Of a DNA stretch of 25,236 nucleotides, positions 1 to 7,331 are shown piece after piece. The notes under the pieces are model-generated. The model did not search any database. It was not told where the DNA came from and worked only from the letters and a program-made list of their open reading frames with translations. Position numbers and translations under genes: made by a program. Origin of the DNA: a virus (Duplodnaviria > Caudoviricetes); IMG/VR virus record IMGVR_UViG_3300020045_013299, positions 1-25,236 of that record. One strand, given 5' to 3'. Numbering within the stretch: the first letter of the stretch is position 1; every line of letters starts with the position of its first letter.

Positions 1-5
1 ATTAC

Positions 6-221
6 ATGAGCCTTAATAACTGTGCTATCGCCCAGTTTCTTAAAGCCCAGGGCCACACCAACATCCGTGTCGGCGGCTATGATTATAAACTAAATGGGAA
101 AAACTATGATATCCCATTCGCAATTAACGAGCCCCTCGGCAATCTTGCAAACGAAGGAAATGCTCACGAACTCCCTTGGTCAACCATCGTCGAAAGATTG
201 GAGGTATTCAATGCCCAATAA
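6..221 (+). CDS. hypothetical early phage protein (may be 5'-truncated)
   Basis: 71-aa ORF at the window edge; overlaps the start of the next ORF, whose SD GGAGG lies inside it. Confidence 0.55.
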   Translation: MSLNNCAIAQFLKAQGHTNIRVGGYDYKLNGKNYDIPFAINEPLGNLANEGNAHELPWSTIVERLEVFNAQ

Positions 222-327
222 ACTCGAAATCATCGCCTTCGCTTTCTTCTCCCTCTTCATGCTCGTGGTTGCGGAAAGAGCGGTGAATAACTGGGGCGAA
301 ACTCGCGCCGCCAATGCCCGAGTTTAG
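211..327 (+). CDS. small membrane protein (38 aa)
   Basis: ATG 211 after GGAGG; MPNKLEIIAFAFFSLFMLVVAE hydrophobic segment. Confidence 0.55.
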   Translation: MPNKLEIIAFAFFSLFMLVVAERAVNNWGETRAANARV

Positions 328-381
328 GTGTCGCAGAGAGACAGCCGGAATTGAGGAACTAGACAGGGCGAGGAGATCTCA

Positions 382-597
382 ATGCTTGAACATTTTCCTA
401 TTATGGAAATTGTGAAACAAAAACGGGTTGACTTAGCTAAAATGAAGCGACTCAACGCCCGTTTTACACTTCCGAAAGATTATTACAGACCCTACGTACA
501 AAGGACTAAAGAGGGCTGGGTTATAACTTACGGGCAGACCGGGCCGTTTAAAACCAAACACCTTGCAATGCGCTGGTATGAACAGAACGGAAAATGA
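382..597 (+). CDS. hypothetical protein
   Basis: GAGGAG SD directly upstream of ATG 382; 71 aa. Confidence 0.65.
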   Translation: MLEHFPIMEIVKQKRVDLAKMKRLNARFTLPKDYYRPYVQRTKEGWVITYGQTGPFKTKHLAMRWYEQNGK

Positions 598-604
598 CAA
601 TTCC

Positions 605-647
605 CTCAGAGGTCCCCCGAGATTTATTTCTCCGGGGGACTTTTGAG
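605..647 (+). promoter_or_regulatory. long intergenic stem-loop (terminator or RNase III-type processing site)
   Basis: CTCAGAG-GTCCCCC-GAGA / TCTC-C-GGGGGAC-TTTTGAG, about 18 bp with G-U pairs, one bulge and a TTTATT loop. Confidence 0.55.
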
Positions 648-667
648 TTAATTGGAGTGCAAAGCAC

Positions 668-868
668 ATGACGAACTCTAAAGCCTTCCCAGTTGTTTGT
701 GGAACCAATCCCCTTCACAAGGGTATGGATCTCCGAGACTACTTCGCCGCTGCGGCCCTCACGGGGTTTATCGCACGTACAACTCTTATCGAAGATAACT
801 ACGCAAAAAAGGCGGCAAGGATATCCTACACTATCGCCGATGCAATGATGGAGCGCCGCAATGCGTAG
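668..868 (+). CDS. conserved small phage protein (GMxLRDYFAA family)
   Basis: GMDLRDYFAAAALTG...SYTIADAMMERR matches a widespread phage hypothetical family; GGAG SD. Confidence 0.85.
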   Translation: MTNSKAFPVVCGTNPLHKGMDLRDYFAAAALTGFIARTTLIEDNYAKKAARISYTIADAMMERRNA

Positions 869-1022
869 CTTCGCTATCTTCGGCTGGCTTCTTTGCACCT
901 ACCACGGCGGAACTCTCGCGTGGTTCGAGACCCGGGAAGACTGCCAGCTCGCAAGTAAATACACCGAGGGCTGGACCAGCAATTGCATCCCCGACCGTTT
1001 CGAAATCGAGAAGCTAAAGTAA
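861..1022 (+). CDS. hypothetical protein (53 aa, not in the ORF track)
   Basis: ATG 861 after GGAG, MRSFAIFGWLLCTYHGG...EIEKLK, TAA at 1020-1022 abutting the next ATG; fills the gap exactly. Confidence 0.6.
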   Translation: MRSFAIFGWLLCTYHGGTLAWFETREDCQLASKYTEGWTSNCIPDRFEIEKLK

Positions 1023-1238
1023 ATGGACCCCAAAATCGCCTTCCTCTTCTCCCTCATCGAGGGCACATCTTTAAACAAGATGCAGCTTGAAAAACGGTCC
1101 GGCGTCTCCCGCCGCACCTTCCCGAAATGGCAGCACTCCCACCGCCCCCTTCTCCAAAACTTCGAGGCCCTCCTCGGCGTCTTTGGATACCATTTGGAGA
1201 TAGTGAAAGATGGAAACGATAATCGCGATAAGCGTTGA
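1023..1238 (+). CDS. XRE/Cro-like helix-turn-helix protein
   Basis: LNKMQLEKRSGVSRRTFPKW...PLLQNFEALLGVFGYHLEIV is a typical HTH_XRE pattern. Confidence 0.8.
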   Translation: MDPKIAFLFSLIEGTSLNKMQLEKRSGVSRRTFPKWQHSHRPLLQNFEALLGVFGYHLEIVKDGNDNRDKR

Positions 1239-1419
1239 GGGCGACAATCTCGGCGACCTCACCTTCACCCTTTCGAACAACGACCGGCTTCTCCTTCGCC
1301 GCCTCATCTACTTCTGCCTCGCCGAAGCGTCGATGGATAAGGAGGATGCGGTGGAACTAGTCGAGTTCAACAATCGCATTGCAACCGAAACGCTGGAAAG
1401 GATGGCAGATGCAAATTAA
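1210..1419 (+). CDS. hypothetical protein
   Basis: GGAG SD; overlaps both neighbours; 69 aa. Confidence 0.65.
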   Translation: METIIAISVEGDNLGDLTFTLSNNDRLLLRRLIYFCLAEASMDKEDAVELVEFNNRIATETLERMADAN

Positions 1420-1684
1420 ACTCCTCGGCGGTGACATCATCGCGCAGATACCCTCTCCTTCCGGCGGCGAGCAATCCGTCACCATCCCGCTCACCCTCGA
1501 GGGCCTTCGCATACTCAAGCGGATACTTTCCGCCGAGCCCCATCGTGAGTTCGGCACCCGCCTCGGAACCCCGGCCGAACCTACCCAGGCGCTGGTCAAC
1601 GCGTGGTTGCGCAGCGAGCGGCAACGGACGTTGGCGACAGAGGTTTCGGACGTTGAAGATCTTGAACTGGAGATTGAAATATGA
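1409..1684 (+). CDS. hypothetical protein with acidic C-terminal tail (LELEIEI)
   Basis: ATG 1409 after AAGGA; ATGA overlap with the next gene. Confidence 0.7.
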   Translation: MQIKLLGGDIIAQIPSPSGGEQSVTIPLTLEGLRILKRILSAEPHREFGTRLGTPAEPTQALVNAWLRSERQRTLATEVSDVEDLELEIEI

Positions 1685-1932
1685 ACATTTATCTTATTTC
1701 GGCAGATACTTCCGGCTACGATGTTTATTCCGACGCCGTAGTAGCCGCGGAAACAGAAGAGGCCGCTCGTATCACTCATCCTTCCAAATTTATAAAAGAA
1801 ACGGATTGGAGTGGGGATGCATGGGCGATTATGATCTGGGCTCCCGTTAACCGTGTCACGGTAAAACTTATCGGATCGGCCGCACCGGGTATTGAGCCCT
1901 GCGTCATCTGTTCCTCTTTCCACGCAGGATGA
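1681..1932 (+). CDS. hypothetical phage protein
   Basis: GYDVYSDAVVAAETEEAAR...VICSSFHAG resembles a recurring phage hypothetical family; SD plus ATGA coupling. Confidence 0.75.
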   Translation: MNIYLISADTSGYDVYSDAVVAAETEEAARITHPSKFIKETDWSGDAWAIMIWAPVNRVTVKLIGSAAPGIEPCVICSSFHAG

Positions 1933-1936
1933 AACA

Positions 1937-2308
1937 ATGAAAAGTGACTCCCAATATCGTTTCGAGAAAGAGGCCCTCGACATCGCTCTTTCCACCGGCA
2001 GCGCTTCCGTTTCCTTCACCACCCCCGGCAAAGCCGTTCAGTTCCGCCAGCGCTGCTACACCTTCCGCAAATGGAAGAGAGAAACGGTCGGCGACTCTTC
2101 CCCTTACGAAATGCTTACAATCAAGATGCTCGAAAAGGGGTCAACAACCGTCGAGATCGTACAACGCACTTTCGAGGGCCAGATCACGCCCGGGGCCGGT
2201 AAGCCGCTAGTTGAGGTTGAAGAGCGAGGAGATCCGGAACTTTCCCCGGAAGATCTCGAGATCCTCGGCCCAACGTTGAAGAAAGTTTTTGGGGAGGTTG
2301 AGATATGA
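1937..2308 (+). CDS. hypothetical protein (RQRxYxxR motif)
   Basis: ATG 1937 after AGGA; C-ending codon bias; coupled to the next ORF. Confidence 0.7.
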   Translation: MKSDSQYRFEKEALDIALSTGSASVSFTTPGKAVQFRQRCYTFRKWKRETVGDSSPYEMLTIKMLEKGSTTVEIVQRTFEGQITPGAGKPLVEVEERGDPELSPEDLEILGPTLKKVFGEVEI

Positions 2309-2556
2309 TCTTACCTAACGACATCACCGGCCTCCAACTAACGTCCCGCTGGTGGAAACAACCCCCGGACTGGTTCTGCATCGTCTGCAAGGTCGATGAG
2401 AACTTCCGCCGGGTTCAAGCGATTTCAACTGATGGCCTTTCAGCTACCGACGCGGTGGACAAAGCCCTCGTCCTCGCCGCCGCCTACACTTTCGCCCCCG
2501 TCACCTACACCCCCCAGTTCAGCACCGCTGAGCTAGATTTGGAGATCGACCTATGA
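2305..2556 (+). CDS. hypothetical protein with LDLEIDL tail
   Basis: GGAGG SD; ATGA overlaps at both ends. Confidence 0.7.
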   Translation: MILPNDITGLQLTSRWWKQPPDWFCIVCKVDENFRRVQAISTDGLSATDAVDKALVLAAAYTFAPVTYTPQFSTAELDLEIDL

Positions 2557-2762
2557 TCTACATCGAGTTTACCGAAACCGCCGGCGGAGTCCCCGTCTCC
2601 CACGCGGTCGAACTCCCCTCATCCACCCTCGCCGAAGCCGCTCAGCTCCTTCTCGCATTCGGGGCCGGGGTTAAACTCGCATCCAACACCGAAGTTGAGA
2701 TGACCTCGATGAGCACGGGGAAGAAGCGCGGCGTCACTTACGCTCGTTGGAGGGGGTTGTGA
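2553..2762 (+). CDS. hypothetical protein
   Basis: GGAG SD; ATGA coupling; 69 aa. Confidence 0.65.
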   Translation: MIYIEFTETAGGVPVSHAVELPSSTLAEAAQLLLAFGAGVKLASNTEVEMTSMSTGKKRGVTYARWRGL

Positions 2763-3010
2763 TGCATCCAATCCGCGCCCTCGCTCTCCGCACCCAACAC
2801 CAGTCAATAACCGGCCCCGAGTCCATCATCGACTACGCTAACAGCCCCAAGTTTTTTATAAAAAAGGCTGCCGACGCCCTTTTCTCCGCTCACTTCGGCC
2901 CCAGAGACTTGCGTTTTACGAATCTGGCCCGGGCGGCGAAATTTCGCGAGAAGGCGCTGGCCGCAAAGGCCGGGGTGAAGACCGCAAAGATAAGGCATAT
3001 CTCATGGTAA
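2762..3010 (+). CDS. hypothetical basic protein
   Basis: ATG 2762 (TGATG overlap) after GGAGG. Confidence 0.65.
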   Translation: MHPIRALALRTQHQSITGPESIIDYANSPKFFIKKAADALFSAHFGPRDLRFTNLARAAKFREKALAAKAGVKTAKIRHISW

Positions 3011-3201
3011 TCAGAAAAGAAGATATCATCTACGCCGCGAATGAGCATTTCAATGATTGGGAACGCCTTGACGAACTCGTTCTTTGCACGATAGGGGGAA
3101 TAAGCGAATTTCGCTATCCTTGGCGTAACAAGGCGACCGGGGAAATAGAGTTCCGGTCCCTTCAAATTATTAATATTGACGAGAAGGGGAGAAGGAAATG
3201 A
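3004..3201 (+). CDS. hypothetical protein
   Basis: TAAGG SD; overlaps both neighbours. Confidence 0.6.
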   Translation: MVIRKEDIIYAANEHFNDWERLDELVLCTIGGISEFRYPWRNKATGEIEFRSLQIINIDEKGRRK

Positions 3202-3386
3202 GCAAAAGATCTCAGGAACGTTGGCGCCACAACAGCTACCTAGGTTGGGCGGCGATGATGAAGATCCAGGCTTCTGGAATTGCCTCCGCCCCAACAACTA
3301 CCGGGGTGACGAAACGTATCGCAAGTGAAATTGCTAAGCTCGCTGACGAACTCAGCCGGGCGTTGAAGGAAAGGGTAGGCCCTTAA
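3198..3386 (+). CDS. hypothetical protein
   Basis: purine-rich SD; ATGA coupling; 62 aa. Confidence 0.65.
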   Translation: MSKRSQERWRHNSYLGWAAMMKIQASGIASAPTTTGVTKRIASEIAKLADELSRALKERVGP

Positions 3387-3413
3387 CGAATCTTTCGTTG
3401 AACACGAGAGGGC

Positions 3414-3442
3414 TTGACATTGCATTCAATGTAAGATAACAT
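3414..3442 (+). promoter_or_regulatory. sigma70-type promoter with overlapping palindrome
   Basis: TTGACA (3414-3419), 17 bp, TAACAT (3437-3442); ACATTG-N4-CAATGT palindrome at 3417-3432. Confidence 0.65.
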
Positions 3443-3471
3443 GACGAAACTATCATTAGAGGAGTTTCGCC

Positions 3472-3924
3472 ATGAAGCAACGGAAAGCAAGTCTTTTTCG
3501 TCGAGGTACAATTGAGGAGAAACTATATCATGTCTGGTTCAATTTCATAGACCGTTGTAGTAACCCTTTTCATCCGGCATACAGTCGATACGGTAAACGA
3601 GGGATTAAAGTCTGCGAAGAATGGAAAAGCTTTGGTCCGTTTCTTAAGTGGGCTCGTCAAGGATATAAAGAGGGACTTTGGCTGGATCGTGAAGATAACG
3701 ATGGAGATTATACTCCAAACAATTGTCGATGGATCACCCCGGAAGCTAGTAGAAATAACGTCCGGGGAACTAAATGGCTAACCGCTTTTGGCGAGACCAA
3801 AACAATCAGTGATTGGGTTAAAGACCCTCGTTGTAAAGTTCGTCACGACACACTCGCAGCTCGTATCAAATATGGATATGAACCCGAAACAGCAATCATA
3901 ACACCTTCAAGAGGTTTGAAATGA
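3472..3924 (+). CDS. HNH-family (homing-type) endonuclease
   Basis: YGKRGIKVCEEW...LDREDNDGDYTPNNCRW...RNN motif; AT-richer than neighbours; AGAGGAG SD. Confidence 0.85.
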   Translation: MKQRKASLFRRGTIEEKLYHVWFNFIDRCSNPFHPAYSRYGKRGIKVCEEWKSFGPFLKWARQGYKEGLWLDREDNDGDYTPNNCRWITPEASRNNVRGTKWLTAFGETKTISDWVKDPRCKVRHDTLAARIKYGYEPETAIITPSRGLK

Positions 3925-5378
3925 GTTTTACACCGACAGAAGAGCAGGTGACTATCGTTACTGCTGCTCGAGAAACAAAAGAAAACCTGATTATATCGGC
4001 ACTAGCCGGGGCTGCAAAGACATCCACGTTGGTACTCGTTGCCAATGAATTGAAATCAGTACCTATCTTGTGTTTGGCTTTTAACAAGCGTATCGCGGAT
4101 GAAATGCGGGAACGCCTCCCAGGCAACTGCGAGTCCCGCACCCTCAACTCCCTCGGCAACAGCATCCTCCGCGACATGATCGGCAAGTTCCCCAAGGTTG
4201 ACGGCCGCAAGATCTCCACCCTCATCTACGAGGCAGTCTCCGCCATGGACTCCGGCGATGAGAAGAAGCGCGCCTTCGAGTCTCTTTCCGACTACGGCCG
4301 CGTCATATCCCTCGCCAAAGCCAACGGCTATATCCCTGATGGTTACACCCGGCCAGGGCTCCCTCCCCCGAAACCTCTTTGCGGTGACGAGGCGTTTGAA
4401 GACTTCTTCCAAGAGGAACCGGCCCCCTTCGAGATCGCTCTCTTGCGAAGCATCTACATCGAGTCCCTGAACATGGCCTTCGCCGGGAATGCAGACTACG
4501 ACGACCAGATCCTAATCCCAACCGTATTCCAGGCCCCATACCCTCGGCCTCCGTTGACCCTGATCGACGAGGCCCAGGACCTTTCGCCCCTCAACCACGC
4601 GATGCTGAAGAAACTGGTGGGAACTAGAAGGCTGATCGCAGTGGGCGACGAGTGTCAGGCCATCTACGGTTTTCGCGGGGCGGACGCCCGGTCGATGAAG
4701 AAACTGGAAGATGAGTTCTCGATGAAAAAACTCATCCTTTCCGTTAGCTTCCGCTGCCCCGTCTCCATCGTCGAACACGCCCGCTGGCGAGCCCCCCACA
4801 TGAAGTACCCCTCCTGGGCCATCCCGGGGGAGGTCCGCGATTGGCATGAGTGGACCATCGAGGAGATTCCTTCGGAAGCTGCGATCGTCTGCCGCAACAA
4901 CGCTCCGCTCTTCGCCCTCGCGATGAAGATGCTCAAATCCGGGCGCTACGCTCAGATCGTCGGTACCGAACTTACGAAGAACTTGCTGAAGACGATGAAG
5001 AAACTCGGCCCCCCGTCGATGCCACAAGAGAAAGTGCTCATCGCCCTTGACCAGCAACTGGCAACCAAGTTGGAGAAAAGTAAAGACCCCGGGCCACTCC
5101 GTGACCGCTTCGAGTGCATGAAGGTATTCGCGAGGGAGGGGAAGACGTTGTCTGAAGCCATGGCCTTCGCTGAGCATATCTTCAATGCTCAGTCGCCAAC
5201 GCTCCTAATGACAATTCATAAGAGCAAGGGGTTGGAGTTCAACGACGTTTTCATCCTCAACCGTGAATTGCTGAAGAAGGAAGGGCAGGATAAGAACCTA
5301 CTTTATGTAGGTCAGACTCGAACGAAGAACACGTTGACGTATATTGATCTTGAAGGAGTGAATGAAAATGTCAATTAA
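3921..5378 (+). CDS. SF1 UvrD/Rep-like DNA helicase
   Basis: motif I ALAGAAKT, II LIDEAQD, III VGDECQAIYGFRGA, IV SFRCP, V TIHKSKGLEF, VI YVGQTR. Confidence 0.93.
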   Translation: MSFTPTEEQVTIVTAARETKENLIISALAGAAKTSTLVLVANELKSVPILCLAFNKRIADEMRERLPGNCESRTLNSLGNSILRDMIGKFPKVDGRKISTLIYEAVSAMDSGDEKKRAFESLSDYGRVISLAKANGYIPDGYTRPGLPPPKPLCGDEAFEDFFQEEPAPFEIALLRSIYIESLNMAFAGNADYDDQILIPTVFQAPYPRPPLTLIDEAQDLSPLNHAMLKKLVGTRRLIAVGDECQAIYGFRGADARSMKKLEDEFSMKKLILSVSFRCPVSIVEHARWRAPHMKYPSWAIPGEVRDWHEWTIEEIPSEAAIVCRNNAPLFALAMKMLKSGRYAQIVGTELTKNLLKTMKKLGPPSMPQEKVLIALDQQLATKLEKSKDPGPLRDRFECMKVFAREGKTLSEAMAFAEHIFNAQSPTLLMTIHKSKGLEFNDVFILNRELLKKEGQDKNLLYVGQTRTKNTLTYIDLEGVNENVN

Positions 5379-5616
5379 TCCAGTGATAGTCACCACCATC
5401 GACAAGCTCGCCGACACCTTCGACAACCTCAACCTCTCCATCGCCCCCATGCTCACCATCGAGTTTCAGAGCGAACGAGACCTCGACATGTGGTTGAATC
5501 AACTTCACAAAGAGTTGGCCGTCTATTCTAAGAACGGAGTTGTAATGCGACCCCGGGCCGGCGAGGTGAATAAGTTCAACGATGTGCTTTGCGTTTTTAA
5601 GTTGCGAAGCAGCTGA
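5362..5616 (+). CDS. hypothetical protein
   Basis: AAGGAG SD; overlaps the helicase stop; start is 5362 or 5368. Confidence 0.7.
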   Translation: MKMSINPVIVTTIDKLADTFDNLNLSIAPMLTIEFQSERDLDMWLNQLHKELAVYSKNGVVMRPRAGEVNKFNDVLCVFKLRSS

Positions 5617-5703
5617 TATGGCCCCATGAATCATTCACGCCGCCATACGTAACCCCGTCCTGCAAAAAGTTACCCCAAAACCCGCCGTCCCTGCAGTTTG
5701 CCA

Positions 5704-5739
5704 TTGACACCGCCCGCGAATCATATATAGTGGGCGGTG
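5704..5739 (+). promoter_or_regulatory. sigma70-type promoter embedded in an inverted repeat
   Basis: TTGACA 5704-5709, TATAGT 5726-5731 (16-bp spacer); CACCGCCC 5708-5715 / GGGCGGTG 5732-5739. Confidence 0.65.
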
Positions 5740-5770
5740 CAATCAACCATCCAACCCCAAGGAAACCAAG

Positions 5771-6262
5771 ATGAAGTCCAAGATTATCCACGGCCACACT
5801 TTCTCCGTCTCCATGCCGTACGCCGTCGGCCACGTTCTGACCGAGGCTGAAGCCAAGACCCTGAACCAGACCCGCGCCGAGAATATCGGCAACAACGTCC
5901 GCGAAGCAATCAAGGCCGCGCTTGAAGCCGGCAACACTACCGAAGCCGAGAAGATCGTCGCCGACTACGACGCCCAGTACACCTTCTCGATGGGCGGCGG
6001 TGAGCGGGTTGTGAAGGACCCGGTCGAGCGCGAAGCGGTGAAGATCGCCAAGGAGCAGATCAAGCTGGCACTGGCGAAGAAGGGCCGCAAGCTGTCCGAC
6101 ATCCCCGAGGGCCAGACCAAGGAGTCGTGGGACGAAACGCTGCAGGCCAAGATCGATGAGGTCGCCGCCAACCCTGCCGTCCTCGACGCCGCGAAGAAGG
6201 CCGTTGCCGCGAAGAAGAAGCAGGCTGATGCGCTTGCCGCGGCCATCAACCTCGACGACTGA
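5771..6262 (+). CDS. Ala/Lys-rich helical protein, probably abundant, possibly nucleic-acid binding
   Basis: own promoter; AAGGA SD; strongly biased codons (AAG, GCC, ATC); 163 aa. Confidence 0.8.
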   Translation: MKSKIIHGHTFSVSMPYAVGHVLTEAEAKTLNQTRAENIGNNVREAIKAALEAGNTTEAEKIVADYDAQYTFSMGGGERVVKDPVEREAVKIAKEQIKLALAKKGRKLSDIPEGQTKESWDETLQAKIDEVAANPAVLDAAKKAVAAKKKQADALAAAINLDD

Positions 6263-6283
6263 AACCTGCACAGTTGTTGAGTA

Positions 6284-6434
6284 GCCCCGAGTCTTTAGCC
6301 ATAGGGACTCGGGGCACCATTTCTTCGCACTTCACCTCCTCCCGAAGATGCGAAGCTCCCGCGAAGCAAGGTTTCCCCTCATTTTCCTTGCAACGCAAAT
6401 TGAGTCCCCGGTTCCGCCATGATCCGGGGACTCA
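6284..6434 (+). ncRNA. putative structured RNA: four hairpins, one with a CCUCCUCCC anti-SD loop
   Basis: stems at 6284-6315, 6323-6355, 6366-6391 and 6401-6434 in a 198-bp intergenic gap. Confidence 0.5.
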
Positions 6435-6460
6435 TTCACTCCACAGCCAAGGAGGCTTTC

Positions 6461-6757
6461 ATGAAATTCCAATGCGAACTACGCGGCGCCAACTTCCGCT
6501 CTGCCGAGGATAAAGACGCGCTGAAGGCGTGCGCAACCGGGGATGAGCTTTACCTCCTCCGCGACACCAACAACCAGTATGACGAAAACGCCGTCGCCAT
6601 CTACGCCGACGCCGAGTTTGACTTCCATGTCGGCTTCGTAGCGAAAGAGACCGCGGAAGAACTTGCCCCGCTCCTCGACGAAGGCCACGAGTTCCGCTGC
6701 TACATTCACTCATGGCTATCGACGCTGAAGCCCTATGTCATCATCGAGCAAGTTTGA
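6461..6757 (+). CDS. HIRAN domain protein
   Basis: LRGANFR...GDELYLLRDTNNQYDENAVAIY...HVGFV...LAPLLD is the HIRAN signature; AAGGAGG SD. Confidence 0.88.
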   Translation: MKFQCELRGANFRSAEDKDALKACATGDELYLLRDTNNQYDENAVAIYADAEFDFHVGFVAKETAEELAPLLDEGHEFRCYIHSWLSTLKPYVIIEQV

Positions 6758-6962
6758 GCTTTTCCTCCACGAGGCCCTCGGCGCGGACATCGGTATCAAG
6801 GTGGACGTGACGGGGGACCGTGAGCGAGCACGGCAGCGCTTCTATCAAGCCCGGGCCAAAGACCTCTTACTCTTCGAACACCTTTCCATCGTCATAGACC
6901 CCATAGTTAGCACTAGACTGTGGATTATAAACAAAGGAGGCAACGTTGCCGAAACTGAGTGA
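6735..6962 (+). CDS. hypothetical protein (RQRFYQAR motif)
   Basis: 75 aa overlapping both neighbours; resembles ORF 1937-2308. Confidence 0.7.
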   Translation: MSSSSKFELFLHEALGADIGIKVDVTGDRERARQRFYQARAKDLLLFEHLSIVIDPIVSTRLWIINKGGNVAETE

Positions 6963-7131
6963 AGACTTGACAAAGCACACGTTCCACCTCCGCCGGGGCG
7001 ACGTTGCTAAACTCCGCGAAATCTACCCCAACGTAGCGGCGGCGATCGTGATCCGGCGTTTGATTTCCACAACAGTGGATCGCTTCGAAAGAAACGAGCC
7101 CATCGTTAACATTGGGGAGGTAGTCCTTTGA
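6946..7131 (+). CDS. putative ribbon-helix-helix-like DNA-binding protein
   Basis: TTG start after AAGGAGG; KHTFHL strand followed by two amphipathic helices. Confidence 0.6.
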   Translation: MPKLSEDLTKHTFHLRRGDVAKLREIYPNVAAAIVIRRLISTTVDRFERNEPIVNIGEVVL

Positions 7132-7331
7132 ACCAATACTTTATCACTGTCCTCGACGACGACGGTTTCGTCTTCCTCAAACGAGGTCTCTTCGAAACCC
7201 ATCACGAAGCCGTCGAGGCTATGGTTGAAAACCCGGCCGACGTTATCTCCGTGATTGAGATTGCTGAGGAAGTTCAGGCCAAGGTATGGCTTTCAGATTC
7301 TTCTGAAATTTTGGTAGAGGAACTCATATGA
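7128..7331 (+). CDS. acidic hypothetical protein
   Basis: TTG start after GGAGG; TTGA and ATGA overlaps. Confidence 0.65.
   Translation: MNQYFITVLDDDGFVFLKRGLFETHHEAVEAMVENPADVISVIEIAEEVQAKVWLSDSSEILVEELI

Noticed and set aside
5653-5696. Imperfect direct repeat CCGTCC(C)TGCA as origin iterons
   Set aside because: Only two short imperfect copies and no AT-rich unwinding element.
5597-6271. 224-aa - strand ORF, and similar long antisense ORFs at 1357-2031, 4512-5177, 7762-8385 and 11475-12089
   Set aside because: Mirror frames of strongly codon-biased + strand genes.
6284-6434. tRNA, or a CsrA-sponge RNA on the - strand
   Set aside because: No T-loop or acceptor-stem geometry; GGA loops on the - strand are inconsistent, and H1 relies on G-U pairs that favour the + strand.
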